Positions 38,861 through 51,043 of a DNA stretch of 64,000 bases are shown in pieces. The stretch's first letter is position 1. Each line of letters opens with the position of its first letter. Source of the stretch: Macrostomum lignano (lineage: Eukaryota); contig NIVC01000296.1 in NCBI GenBank assembly GCA_002269645.1, positions 496,001 to 560,000 on the forward strand. The letters run 5' to 3'. The position numbers were made by a program, and so were the translations under genes. Under the pieces are notes generated by a model. That model was not told the DNA's origin. It searched no databases and was given only the letters and a program-made list of their open reading frames with translations.

Positions 38861-39157
38861 AGCTTTGTCCCGCTCTACCAAAACTTCGAGTCATTCTTTA
38901 CTCGCAATCTGTACCGGCGGATTCGCGACTGCTGGAACCGGCCAATCACCACCTGCCCCGGGGCCGAGTTCGAAGTGATGGACCGCGACAGCCCGGACTA
39001 CGGCTGGACATTCCGCTATCCGGGCAGCACCACCCGGGCGGTGAACTTTGGCAGCTATAATTATCTTGGATTCGCAGAGTCGTCCGGCTATTGCGCTGAC
39101 GCGGCCGTCGCCGCCACGGAGATGTACGGCTGCGGGGTCGGTAGCTCGCGGACTGAG
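38861..39157 (+). CDS. SPTLC2: SPT LCB2 exon 2
   Basis: SFVPLYQNFESFFTRNLYRRIRDCWNRP...NFGSYNYLGFAE...GVGSSRTE; 297 nt, AG/GT. Confidence 0.95.
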
Positions 39158-39199
39158 GTGATGTCTATTTGCTATTAATAAATGGGATTTAGTATCGCT

Positions 39200-39415
39200 T
39201 AATACATGATTCAGTGACCTTAACACATGATTCAGTGACTTTAGCACATGATTCAATGACATTAATACATGATTCAGTGACGTTGATACATGATTTAGTG
39301 ACCTTGATACATGATTCAGTGACCTTAATACATGATTCAGTGACCTTAACACATGATTCAGTGCCTTAATACATGATTTAGTGACCTTAATACATGATTC
39401 AGTGATCTTAATACA
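39200..39415. repeat. Minisatellite, 22 bp unit ATACATGATTCAGTGACCTTAA
   Basis: Directly visible, intronic. Confidence 0.9.
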
Positions 39416-39582
39416 TAAATTAGTGGCGCCTAATATACGGTATGGTACTTTGCTCTTTTTATTTTTAGGCACCAAGACGTATTAGTATTAGTAGATTCTT
39501 CAAACCTTTCCATTCGTTGAGAGTCCTTGGTTCGCGCTCCCTACCTTAATTATTCTACCAATCCGACATGAACACTTGCCAG

Positions 39583-39894
39583 GTCGGCAGTCTAAATATT
39601 CACACTCAGCTGGAGCGGGCCATGGCCGAGTACCTGGGCACGGAGGACGCCATTGTATTCCCTATGGGATTCGCCACTAACGCCCTCAACATGGCCGCCC
39701 TGGTTGGCAAGGGGTGCTGCATCCTATCCGATGAGCTCAATCACAGCTCCCTGGTGCTCGGCTCTCGACTAACCGGCGCCACTATCAAAATATTTAAGCA
39801 CAATAATCCGGCAGATCTAGAGGCCAAGCTCAGGGAGGCCATTGTCTATGGCCAGGCCAGGACTAGGCGGCCGTTTACTAAGATACTCATTGTG
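39583..39894 (+). CDS. SPTLC2: SPT LCB2 exon 3
   Basis: [48 protein letters not shown]...RPFTKILIV; 312 nt, AG/GT. Confidence 0.96.
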
Positions 39895-39924
39895 GTGCGT
39901 TGGGTTGGCATGCCTGCCTTGTGA

Positions 39925-40335
39925 GGTCTGGTCTATCTGTCTGGCTATCTATCTATGTCTGTCTGTCTCTATCTGTCTGTCTATCTATCTATCTGTCTGT
40001 CTCTATCTGTCTGTCTGTCTCTGTCTGTCTATCTATCTATCTTTCTGTCTGTCTCTGTCTGTCTATCTATCTATCTATCTGTGTGTCTCTATCTGTCTGT
40101 CTATCTATCTATCTATCTGTCTATCTCTATCTGTCTGTCTATCTATCTATCTATCTGTCTGTCTCTATCTGTCTGTCTATCTATCTATCTATCTGTCTGT
40201 CTCTATCTGTCTGTCTATCTATCTATCTATCTGTCTGTCTCTATCTGTCTGTCTATCTATCTGTCTGTCTCTATCTGTCTGTCTGTCTATCTATCTATCT
40301 GTCTATCTATCTATCTATCTATCTATGTCTGGCTG

Positions 40336-40394
<59 letters not shown>

Positions 40395-40427
40395 GTCTAT
40401 CTATCTATCTATCTATATGTCTGGCTG

Positions 40428-40478
<51 letters not shown>

Positions 40479-40511
40479 GTCTATCTATCTATCTATCTAT
40501 ATGTCTGGCTG

Positions 40512-40568
<57 letters not shown>

Positions 40569-40579
40569 ATGTCTGGCTG

Positions 40580-40618
<39 letters not shown>

Positions 40619-40651
40619 GTCTATCTATCTATCTATCTATATGTCTGGCTG

Positions 40652-40740
<89 letters not shown>

Positions 40741-40751
40741 ATGTCTGGCTG

Positions 40752-40798
<47 letters not shown>

Positions 40799-40831
40799 GT
40801 CTATCTATCTATCTATCTATATGTCTGGCTG

Positions 40832-40908
<77 letters not shown>

Positions 40909-40919
40909 ATGTCTGGCTG

Positions 40920-40964
<45 letters not shown>

Positions 40965-40975
40965 ATGTCTGGCTG

Positions 40976-41010
<35 letters not shown>

Positions 41011-41065
41011 GTCTGTCTATCTATCTATCTATCTATCCGTCTATCTGTCTATCTATCTATCTATC
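39925..41065. repeat. Compound microsatellite (CTAT)n/(CTGT)n with periodic ATATGTCTGGCTGT interruptions
   Basis: Directly visible; source of spurious YLSI-repeat ORFs. Confidence 0.96.
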
Positions 41066-41167
41066 CCTTATCCCAATTAATCCTACCCTTATCCCATAGA
41101 TCCCGCACTTGGGATCCACCCCAATCCACCCCAATAGCATGTAATGCGCCAGCCGGACGCCCCGCAG

Positions 41168-41809
41168 GTGGAAGGCGTGTACAGCATGGAGGGCAGCATA
41201 GTCCGCTTGCCCGAGATCATTGCCCTGAAGAAGCGCTACCAGGCCTATCTATACTTAGACGAGGCGCACTCAATCGGAGCCCTGGGCGCCAGCGGTCGCG
41301 GAGTTGTGGATTATTACGGCTGCGATCCTCGCGACGTCGACGTTCTAATGGGCACCTTCACTAAGAGCTTCGGCGGCGCCGGCGGCTACATCGCCGGCAG
41401 CTCCAGGCTCGTCCAGCACGTGAGGCAGTCCAGCCACAGCGCCATCTACGGCGCATCAATGCCCGCCCCCGTGGCGGCGCAGATTCTCACGGCGTTGAGC
41501 ATCCTGCTAGGCAGGGCCGGCCCGCCCGACGAGGGCAAGCGGCGACTTCGTCAGTTGTCGGTCAATGCGCAGTACATGCGGGCCCGGCTGCACCAGCTGG
41601 GACTCATTGTTTACGGCGATAGGGACAGCCCGGTGGTGCCTTTTATGATCTTCATGCCCGGCAAGGTGGCCGCCTTTGCCAGGCTGTCCCTGGCCCACGG
41701 GCTGGGCATTGTTGTGGTCGGCTATCCCGCTACGCCAATCATCGAGGCCAGGGCCCGCATCTGCCTGTCCGCTGCGCACAGTCTGGACATGATCGACCGC
41801 AGCGTGCAG
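41168..41809 (+). CDS. SPTLC2: SPT LCB2 exon 4 (PLP-binding lysine)
   Basis: VEGVYSMEG...LDEAHSIGA...MGTFTKSFG (catalytic Lys, diagnostic of LCB2 rather than LCB1)...ARICLSAAH; 642 nt. SPTLC2 and SPTLC3 cannot be distinguished in an invertebrate. Confidence 0.97.
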
Positions 41810-41844
41810 GTCTGTCTTCTGCACTCTCTGCTATTTAAAATATC

Positions 41845-42455
41845 AGTCAGTCAGTCAATCAGTCAGTCAGTCAGTTAGTCAATCATTCAGTCAGTCAGTC
41901 AGTCAGTCAGTCAGTCAGTCAGGCAGTGAGTCAGTCAGTCAGTCAGTCAGTCAGTCAGTCAGTCAGTCAGTCAGTCAGTCAGTGAGTCAGCCAGCCAGTC
42001 AGTCAGTCAGTCAGTCAGTCAGTCAGTCAGTCAGTCAGTGAGTGAGTGAGTCAGTCAGTCAGTCAGTCAGTCAGTCAGTCAGTCAGTCAGTCAGTCAGTG
42101 AGTCAGCCAGTCAGTCAGTCAGTCAGTCAGTCAGTCAGTCAGTCAGTCAGTCAGTCAGTCAGTGAGTGAGTCAGTCAGTGAGTCAGTCAGTCAGTCAGTC
42201 AGTCAGTCAGTCAGTCAGCCAGTGAGTGAGTCAGTTAGTCAGTCAGTCAGTCAGTCAGTGAGTGAGTCAGTCAGTCAGTGAGTCAGTCAGTCAGTCAGTC
42301 AGTCAGTCAGTCAGTCAGCCAGTCAGTCAGTCAGTCAGTCAGTCAGTCAGCCAGTGAGTCAGTCAGTCAGTCAGTCAGTCAGTCAGTCAGTCAGTCAGTC
42401 AGTCAGTCAGTCAGTCAGTCAGTCAGTCATTAGTCAGTCAGTCATTAGTCAGTCA
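41845..42455. repeat. Microsatellite (CAGT)n
   Basis: Directly visible, intronic. Confidence 0.96.
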
Positions 42456-42827
42456 GCTATTAGCATTCATAAATGACTTATGTAACATAAATTCAGTCCT
42501 ACAAAAAAAGCGAGTAACTTTGAACTTTAGAATAAGGCAGTCCATCTAGGGCCCTCACCCCAATACTTGACCTGTAGACTGACTCTATTAGAGGGCACGC
42601 GCTACTGGAGTGAGAGCTAACTGAACACATAATTTGTGCTTATAAATTTCTCTTATCTTTAGCCCCACTGGAAAGTTTGGCAGATGATAGCTTATCAAAA
42701 TTGCTTCTTAAGTTTTTTGTATAAGAAATTTTGCATTAAAATTTTTTTCCTCTGAGTTACTTTAATAACGCTACATATCGGTAACTTTAACGTGCTGTAT
42801 TTCCTTACCCATTTAAACTGTGCGCAG

Positions 42828-43004
42828 GTGATTGACAAGCTGAGCCGGCTGCTGCGCATTCGCTACAGTCGGAGACAGCCTCCCGATTGGACTCGGGACC
42901 GGACAAGGGCCTGGGCGGAGGCTCAGCTGGCCGAGTTCTCCCGCCCGCTGGCGCCAACTCATGTAGCGTCAAGCGCCAATGGCGTGGCTTTGATTGGCGC
43001 TTGA
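42828..43004 (+). CDS. SPTLC2: SPT LCB2 last exon
   Basis: VIDKLSRLLRIRYSRR resembles EIDEVGDLLQLKYSRH; gcgcag acceptor; TGA at 43002-43004. Confidence 0.9.
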   Translation: MIDKLSRLLRIRYSRRQPPDWTRDRTRAWAEAQLAEFSRPLAPTHVASSANGVALIGA

Positions 43005-43207
43005 AATTTTAACTATTACTAGTGACCGGAGATTAGTGGCTTTACTTGACTTGTTTAGACAGTAAAAAACTGGACAACTGTGTCAAATAATGCTTTATCA
43101 TATTACTCGTAGATCTATTCATTTTTGTAGTCTCCATCTGAAGGGCCGAGTTTACTTGTGACAAATTCTGCGGGCCTCTGTTTCTGATTGTTGCATGGGC
43201 CATGAAG

Positions 43208-43623
43208 CCGGGATCTAGGATTAGGGTCGTCTGGGATCCGGGATTAGGGTCATCTGGGATCCGGGATTAGGGTCATCTGGGATCCGGGATTAGGGTCATC
43301 TGGGATCCGGGATTAGGGTCGTCTGGGATCCGGGATTAGGGTCATCTGGGATCCGGGATTCGGGTCGTATCCGGGATTAGGGTCATCTGGTATCCGGGAT
43401 TAGGGTCATCTGGTATCCGGGATTAGGGTCATCTGGTATCCGGGATTAGGGTCATCTGGGATCCAGGATTAGGGTCATCTGGGATCCGGGATTAGGGTCA
43501 TCTGGGATTCGAGATTAGGGTCATCTGGGATTCGAGATTAGGGTCATCTGGGATCCAGGATTAGGGTCATCTTGTATCCGGGATTAGGGTCATCTGGGAT
43601 CCGGGATTAGGGTCTTCTGGGAT
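43208..43623. repeat. Minisatellite, 23 bp unit CCGGGATTAGGGTCATCTGGGAT containing TTAGGG
   Basis: Directly visible. Confidence 0.94.
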
Positions 43624-43874
43624 CTGTTATTCAAAAATGATGTCCAGAAATCTAATTAGCAATTTTAGTTTGGTAATTAAATGATAAATTTTGCATTAGA
43701 TGTATTTTTCTAACTAAGATTACTGGCTTATCAGAATATAAATGCTAACTGTGTTTTATAATTCATTATGATTCCCCTCCAGCTTAATTAGTTTGTTAAT
43801 ATGGCTGTACTTGTGCCTTAATTTGTGATCGTTGATTAAAAGCTGACCAAGATTACTCTTAAAGTATTTTAAAT

Positions 43875-44297
43875 TAGACAATCTCAGTGAGAATCACTGT
43901 CTAGACAATCTCAGTGAGAATCACTGTCTAGACAATCTCAGTGAGAATCACTGTCTAGGCAATCTCAGTGAGAATCACTCCCTAGACAATCTCAGTGATA
44001 ATCACTGCCCAGACAATCTCAGTGAGAATCACTGCCCAGACAATCTCAGTGATAATCACTGCCCAGACAATCTCAGTGAGAATCACTGCCCAGGCAATCT
44101 CAGTGATAATCACTGCCTAGACAATCTCAGTGAGAATCACTGCCTAGACAATCTCAGTGAGAATCACTGCCTAGACAATCTCAGTGAGAATCACTGCCTA
44201 GACAATCTCAGTGAGAATCACTGCCTAGACAATCTCAGTGAGAATCACTGCCTAGACAATCTCAGTGAGAATCACTGCCTAGACAATATCAGTGAGA
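43875..44297. repeat. Minisatellite, 27 bp unit AGACAATCTCAGTGAGAATCACTGCCT
   Basis: Directly visible; unit contains the hairpin CAGTGA-GAA-TCACTG. Confidence 0.94.
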
Positions 44298-44821
44298 GTT
44301 GTGATTCAATTGCTTTTAGAACCATAGAAGAGTGCAACTGACTGACTTTTAATCAAGAAACTGTCATGATCACAAGCGAATATCTCTTGGAAAATTGCCG
44401 ATCAGTTAGCGCACAACTCTACTGCAAGTAGAAATACGAGTATATTGCAACTTTTTTTTCTAACGAAATTCAAATCTTCCAATTGCCTACGGTTAGAGTT
44501 TGACTGTTAACACAATTCTGTTTGTCATTATTTTTATATTTCGATTTTCGATTAACATTTGCGCTGCGGCGCAGTACGGGTTTGTCATATGCAATTCTTT
44601 TAGCAGAAGTTTAAAATTACATCAGCAGTTATGTTTTGCTTAACATTATTTTCAAATAAATTTTATCCATTTTCTAGCGGATATTTGGCCGTGCTTTTCT
44701 ACAATACAATCCTGTCTATTGGAACTATTTTTATGACCTTTTGATTTTGAAGCAAAACTTTGAAGTCATTTTATCGTTTTGCTTTCTTGAAACTTCTTTG
44801 CACTTCTTGTAAATTCACAGA

Positions 44822-45195
44822 CAAATTCCCCATTCAGCCAAAGACAATATGAGCAATTTTTAATCCACCATAAACAGTTGGAGCGATTCCCCATTCAACC
44901 ATAGACAGTTTAGGCGATTCCCCATTCAGCCACAGACAGTCTGAGCGATTCCCTATTCAGCCATAGACAGTCTGAGCGATTCCCCATTCAGCCACAGACA
45001 GTCTGAGCGATTCCCTATTCAGCCATAGACAATCTGAGCGATTCCCCATTCAGCCATAGACAATCTGAGGGATTCCCCATTCAGCCATAGACAGTCTGAG
45101 CGATTCCCCATTCAGCCATAGACAGTCTGAGCGATTCCCCATTCAGCCATAGACAGTCTTAGCGATTCCCCATTCAGCCAGAGACAGTATAAGCG
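44822..45195. repeat. Minisatellite, 31 bp unit GAGCGATTCCCCATTCAGCCATAGACAGTCT
   Basis: Directly visible; degenerate left edge. Confidence 0.92.
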
Positions 45196-45714
45196 ACTCC
45201 TTTGTGTGAATGACTCATTTGCCTATGTTTTGCTTAATTGTAAGATTACACAAAAATCAGTGCTAGCGCTCTGTATAAGAATGGCCACTGGTCTAGGCCT
45301 GTCAACTTAAGCTAGTGGAGCCCGAGTAACCTATGACAAATGATACGTCATTCTGCTCGGTGACACCAGGAAGCCGGGTATGGCAAAAAGAACGACACAA
45401 ATTGGACTTGCGATAGGGGAGAACAAGCAAGGGCATAATTAGGGACTATTATATAAACTTGAGCTCATAAAGTGGAGTCGTATACAAAATCTATAAAACT
45501 AGTTGTAGCTTTGTACTATTTTTATTTGACTAATGATTGACTGGATTTTACGAGCTCTACATAAAATTAACTTTTCCGTTTAGAGATAAACGGTCTGCGC
45601 TGTACAAAGGTTGCGTGCACTTGTTCAGCTTTTTCACTTCCACACCATCTAGCTGGGAATTCCGAGCCTAAGCTGCAATTGCATACTAAACTGTGGATGA
45701 GATAAGGCTGCCTG

Positions 45715-46566
45715 TGGATAAGGTTTTCCGTGTGTCTGTGGATGAGATTGTGTCTGTGTATGAGATTGTGTCTGTGGGTGAGATTGTGCCTGTGGGTGAG
45801 ATTGTGTCTGTGGGTGAGATTGTGTCTGTGGATGAGATTGTGTCTGTGTATGAGATTGTGTCTGTGGATGAGATTGTGTCTGTGGATGAGATTGTGTCTG
45901 TGGATGAGATTGTGTATGAGATTGTGGCTGTGGATGAGATTGTGTCTGTGGATGAGATTGTGTCTGTGTATGAGATTGTGTCTGTGTATGAGATTGTGTC
46001 TGTGGATGAGATTGTGTCTGTGGATGAGATTGTGTCTGTGGATGAGATTGTGTCTGTGGATGAGATTGTGTCTGTGAATGAGATTGTGGCTGTGGATAAG
46101 ATAGTGTCTGTGGATGAGATTGTGTCTGTGGATGAGATTGTGTCTGTGGATGAGATTGTGTCTGTGGATGAGATTGTGTCTGTGGATGAGATTGTGCCTG
46201 TGAATGAGATTGTGCCTGTGGATAAGTTTGTGTCTGTGGATGAGATTGTGTCTGTGGATGAGATTGTGTCTGTGGATGAGATTGTGTCTGTGGATGAGAT
46301 TGCGCCTGGATGAGATTGTGGCTGTGGATAAGATAGTGTCTGTGGATGAGATTGTGTCTGTGAATGAGATTGTGGCTGTGGATAAGATAGTGTCTGTGGA
46401 TGAGATTGTGTCTGTGGATGAGATTGCGCCTGGATGAGATTGCGTCTGTGGATGAGATTGTGTCTGTGGATGAGATTGTGTCTGTGGATGAGATTGCGCC
46501 TGGATGAGATTATGTCTGTGGATGAGATTGTGTCTGTGGATGAGATTGTGTCTGTGGATGAGATTC
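45715..46566. repeat. Minisatellite, 18 bp unit GTGTCTGTGGATGAGATT (copy 1 of macro-repeat)
   Basis: Directly visible. Confidence 0.95.
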
Positions 46567-46694
46567 ACATGTGGATTGGTCCGTTAGTGTCTTGGCATAG
46601 GAGAGTGTCATTAAAAAGTCAATGAACAATGAGGCTGAAGTGACAATTGTAATATGACTTTAGAGATGCGGAGATCACCTCCTAAACAACAATA

Positions 46695-46890
46695 TGTGGG
46701 ACTCTGACTGACTGATCATTTACAGACTGTGGACTTCGTACTTTGTGTACATCGTTGCTCTTTCTCTATCCCCTCGTACAAGCCTATTGTCTGTCATCAA
46801 CCTCAATGCAATATATTAAATATGTGGTCTTGCTTAAGTTGACTTTAATAAACTTTTGTCGCTACTGCGAGCTAAAGCTATTGACTTTCA
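46695..46890 (+). repeat. 5' LTR (196 bp)
   Basis: TGTGGGACTC...GACTTTCA; direct repeat of 50739-50945; contains AATAAA. Confidence 0.95.
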
Positions 46891-46892
46891 AT

Positions 46893-46910
46893 TGGCGTCG
46901 CAAGCAGGAT
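46893..46910 (+). promoter_or_regulatory. Primer binding site, probably tRNA-Ser
   Basis: TGGCGTCGCAAGCAGGAT 2 nt after the LTR; complement ends ...ATCCTGCTTGCGACG-CCA, a Ser-type 3' end with G discriminator (inference). Confidence 0.7.
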
Positions 46911-46915
46911 CGCGC

Positions 46916-48071
46916 ATGCCTGCATACTGCCAGAATATTAAGATACGAGATCAATTTGCCTTTGGAGAATGCGGACGAACTGCGAGCCTGGGTAGAAGTG
47001 TTCGACGCTCAGGCAATGTCCAAACGAGTCAAAGATGAGGAGAACAACCTCGGCTTGACAGACGCATTTCTAGGATCCCTGGGCGTAAGTCAACTTATGA
47101 AGGTCAAACAGCTGGTGGCTCCAAAGAAGATCGCGGGAATGCGGTGGGAGGACATCAAGAAAATCCTTTTCAAGTATCTGGAGCCTAAGAAGAGACTTCT
47201 GATAGCCGAGAGGACAGCGTTCATGGCCATGAGACAAGCTGATGGAGAAACTGTGGCCGGCTTTACTGCCAGATTGCGAGAACAGGCCATGGTTTGCGAG
47301 TTCGAGAAGTTCAAGGAAGAGCGGGCGGACCCGGCTGAGCAGCTGATCAAGATGCGCCTTATCGCTCGTCCATTCAGCCAGGACACGAGAAACAAGGTTC
47401 TGGAGCGCGAGATGGCGCAAGAGCTGACTGTAGATCAGATCACTGAGTTTGTTCAGCAGCTGCAATTAGTCAACGAGTTCACGACACCAACATCGGCAGC
47501 TCAGAACATCGGAGCATCAACTGAGCCAGCTGTGCATCAGGCAGTGTCACAAGAGCTGGAGCAGCAATCAACTCACACTGTTCACCAGTTCAAGGGCAAG
47601 TGTGGAAGATGCGGCTTGGCTCAGCATCGTAACGTGTCAGAATGTGGGGCCTTGAAAACTGATTGCCACAAGTGCGGAAAGCAGGGACACTTTGCCAGGG
47701 CATGTCGCGGCACCTCCAAGGCGCACTTCACGGAGCCCGAAGCCAACCCGGATGAAGCTGTGTTTTTCTGCACTAAAGGCAAGCCAGCTGACTTCTGCTT
47801 TGTGAAGATCAGCGGTAAGCAGGTGAAAATGGAGAGAGACAGCGGCGCCTCCTGCTCATTGATCTCCAAGAAAATCTGGATCGACTTTGAACGTCCAGCA
47901 CTCAAGAAGCCGAAGTCACGCATGCTGTCATACGATGGTCACGTGATGAGACAGCTTGGCCTCCTAAAGTGCCTGGTGGAGACTGAAGGCAACAACGGGA
48001 TATTTTCGACAATGGAACTCCCGGTTATGACTGTCACCAGCAGTTTGGTCTCCTGGGCCGGAATCTGCTAA
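46916..48071 (+). pseudogene. gag: gag-protease (probable frameshift near the 5' end)
   Basis: ERTAFMAMRQADGETVAGFTARLR, knuckles CGRCGLAQHRNVSEC and CHKCGKQGHFARAC, aspartic protease MERDSGASCSLI; frameshift near 48030 before RT. Confidence 0.88.
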
Positions 48072-48082
48072 GCAGCTAGCAG

Positions 48083-49102
48083 ATGCACCATTCGGAGGAG
48101 GTGAGCAACAAATATCTGAAGTTGGCTGGAATCAAGGGCGCGGTTGGAGAGATCCGACTCAAGTCCAGCGCCGAGCCAGTGTTCCAACCGGCCCGTGAGC
48201 TTCCCATGGAATTGAAACCGCTGGTGAAGAAGGAACTCGACCTGATGGAGGCGGCTGGAATAGTTGAAAAATTGAATTCATCGGAATGGGGCAGCCCGAT
48301 CGTAGTCACCGCCAAGCCTGACCGGGAGACCGTGAGGATCTGCGGCGACTACACCGCCGTCAATCAGCTGATTCAAGGCCAAACGTATCTCACACCCTCC
48401 ATAGAGACGGCCTTTTCGAAGGTTGCCAACAAGAAGTTCTTCTGTCGCCTGGATCTGTCAGACGCCTACTACCAGATTCTCCTGGATGAGCAGTCCAAGG
48501 CGGTCACCACCATCAACACCCCGTTCGGCTGCTACCGCTTCAACAGACTGCCCTACGGTATCGAGGTGTCACCATCAGTCTTTCAGCGTGAGATGGAGAA
48601 ACTGATCGGTGAGCATCCGAGTGTTATAACTTATCAAGATGATGTGCTGATTGGTGGGAGTTCTACGTTAGAGCTGCAGCAGATCAGGGAAAGTGTCTTG
48701 AGAAGACTGCGAGAGGACAATGTCAAAATTAACGAGTCAAAGTTCGTTATGGAGGCTAGCAGCCTGAAGTTTCTGGGGCACGTCATCGATGCAGAAGGCA
48801 TCAAACCAGACCCAGGGATGGTTGAGAGAGTGCTACAGGCAGCCAGCCCCAAGAGTAAAAAGGACCTAGAGAAGTTTCTAGGACTCGCTCAGTTCTACGG
48901 CAGACTGATTCCCAACTTCTCCAAGCGCTGCCGAGTATTGCATGAGCTGAGAAGGAGCGACAGTGCATTCGATTGGAGCCCGGCAGCCGAGGCTGCCTTT
49001 GCCGAAGTAAAAGCATGTCTTGCCTCCAAGCCGTGTGTCAAGCCATATGACATCAATGCACCAGTCTGCCTTCGAGTTGATGCTATAGCGAAAAATCCGT
49101 AG
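48083..49102 (+). pseudogene. pol: Reverse transcriptase
   Basis: SEWGSPIV, RICGDY, LDLSDAYYQI, RLPYGI, YQDD motifs; preceded by in-frame TAG and followed by a frameshift at DA(SEK). Confidence 0.93.
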
Positions 49103-49370
49103 GTGCTGTTCTAACTCAAGCAGGTCACCCGGTGATGTACCTATCGAGGATGCTCACCTCCGCGGAGGCCAATTACTCTAACATTGAAAGGGAAGCTCTA
49201 GCCATAGTTTGAGCAGTTGAGCGAGCGAAGAAAATGTTGATCAGGAAAAAATTTATCTTGCAAACGACCATGAACCTCTGAGATTTATTTCAACCCGAGC
49301 AAAAGCCTGTCAAAAACAGCTTCAGCTAGGCTGACTAGATGGGCCTCGAGACTCTGCATTCGATTACTCT
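49080..49370 (+). pseudogene. pol: RNase H (disrupted)
   Basis: DA-SEKSVGAVL, NYSNIEREALAIV*A (TGA for Trp), TDHEPL, LTRWA recognisable across about three frameshifts. Confidence 0.85.
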
Positions 49371-50465
49371 GTGGAATACATTCCAGGAAAGCAGCTGCTG
49401 GATGCTGATGCCTTGTCAAGGCTCAACTATACTGCAGAAGTCGCTGAGGATGCGACGCATCAAACGGATTCAGTGTTGAGCGCCGATGACTGCGGTGCGT
49501 CTGGGCTGGTGACTCAGCGGGAGCTCCGGGAAGCCACCCTGAACTGCTCGGTGCTGAAGAGACTGCAACAGAGAATCCGAACGGGCGTTGGCGGTCAGGG
49601 TTCTCAGGTTGAGCGAACTTTCAAAGCCTGCAGAACTTCCCTGTCGATTGATAACGGCTTGGTGATCCATGGAACTCGAGTGGTACCTCCAGCAGTGCTT
49701 CGTCGGCGGATTCTGGAAGCTGCTCATGATGAAGTGCATCCTAGCTTTGAGAGCACTAAGGCCCACATCTGCAAGGAATTCTGGTGGCCTGGGGTGGATC
49801 GCGATGTGCGACAGTATGTGGAGAAGTGCAGGACATGCGCTGAGTCCCACCCGCTGTCTAATCGCAAAATCGACATATGGCCACCGGAGACAACTCCATG
49901 GAGCCGCGTCCACATGGACCATTGCGAAGTCTCGGGAGTCGGCCTGCTGCTGCTACTGTCGGACGCTTACTCAGGCTGGCCTGAAGCCATTCAGGTTCCG
50001 GACAAGTCGACGGATACGGTCATGAGAGTCCTGAGAGCTGTCTTTGCTCGCAACGGTGTGCCGCAAACCTTAGTATCCGACAACGCACCAGAGTTTAAAT
50101 CGACCCGGCTGTCTCAGTGGCTGGACTCGATGGGCTGCAGGGAGGTCCACACTCCGCCATATCACCCGGCATCAAACGGACAGGCTGAACGGCTCGTAAG
50201 GAGCCTGAAGGACGGACTGAGAAACTGGAACCGAGTTGTTCCATTTCAACAATTCCTGCAGAAGCTGCTCCTGACCGTGAGGACTGGCCGGCCGAGTGGA
50301 TCTAGACCAGCGTCACCAGACATCATGATGTGGGGGAGGAGGCTGCGCCATCCGCTATCAATGCCTGAGCAAGGCGGAGATGCTATCTGGTTTGGATGCG
50401 CCCAGAGACCGGACCAGTCAAGGCTGAGTTCGTGGTTCAGCATGGCCAAAGTACTGCTCTGGTGA
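49371..50465 (+). pseudogene. pol: Integrase (open reading segment)
   Basis: HHCC (AHDEVH...CRTC), VHMDH, VSDNAPEF, HPASNGQAERLV DDE motifs. Confidence 0.93.
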
Positions 50466-50721
50466 CCCCAACTGATTTGCCGTCTGGAGGACTGCGGCTG
50501 GCCCACTGCAACCAATGGAGCGACGGTCCAGAGAATCAGGAGGCAGAGAATCAGGAGGATGACAGCACTGGCGAGCCTGAGCATCTGCAGCCCCCAGCTG
50601 GTCCATCGAAGATGGTTGTTCCGGCACCAGCTGACGAGCCGACGCATCAGAATGAAAGCGCGAATGCTGGTGGGCCTTCCTATGAGCTCCGACCAAGACA
50701 TCCGGTCTGCTACAAGTGCTA

Positions 50722-50738
50722 GTTTGATGGGGGGGCAG
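50722..50738 (+). other. Polypurine tract
   Basis: GATGGGGGGGCAG immediately before the 3' LTR TG. Confidence 0.8.
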
Positions 50739-50945
50739 TGTTGGACTCTGACCGACTGATCATTTACAGACTGTGGAATTTGTACTTTGTGTACATCGTT
50801 GTTCTTTCTCTATCCCCTCGTGCAAGCCTATTCTCTGTCACCAACCCCAATGCAATGCTGCGATGCTTATTAAATATGTGGTCTTGCTTAAGGTTGACTT
50901 TAATAAACTTTTGTCGCTACTGCGAGCTAAAGCTATTGACTTTCA
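50739..50945 (+). repeat. 3' LTR (207 bp)
   Basis: TGTTGGACTC...GACTTTCA; about 9-10 substitutions and 2 indels versus the 5' LTR (hand count). Confidence 0.95.
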
Positions 50946-51043
50946 ATTGACTTCCACTTTCAATTGACTTCCACTTTCAATTGACTTCACTTTCAATTGA
51001 CTTCCACTTTCAATTGACTCCACTTTCAATTGACTTCCACTTT
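50946..51043. repeat. Short array, 17 bp unit ATTGACTTCCACTTTCA x ~6, abutting the 3' LTR
   Basis: Directly visible; unit resembles the LTR terminus ATTGACTTTCA. Confidence 0.93.

Larger units (their letters stand above)
46695..50945 (+). mobile_element. Ty3/Gypsy LTR retrotransposon (Mag-like), full length but frameshifted
   Basis: TG...CA LTRs, PBS, PPT, and gag (two zinc knuckles)-PR-RT-RH-IN domain order. Confidence 0.96.

Noticed and set aside
39842-41364. 400-470 aa YLSI-repeat ORFs
   Set aside because: Translation of (CTAT)n inside SPTLC2 intron 3.
46743-46915. 5' extension of the gag ORF as given in the ORF track
   Set aside because: It starts inside the 5' LTR and crosses the PBS; the true start is more likely ATG 46916 with a frameshift.
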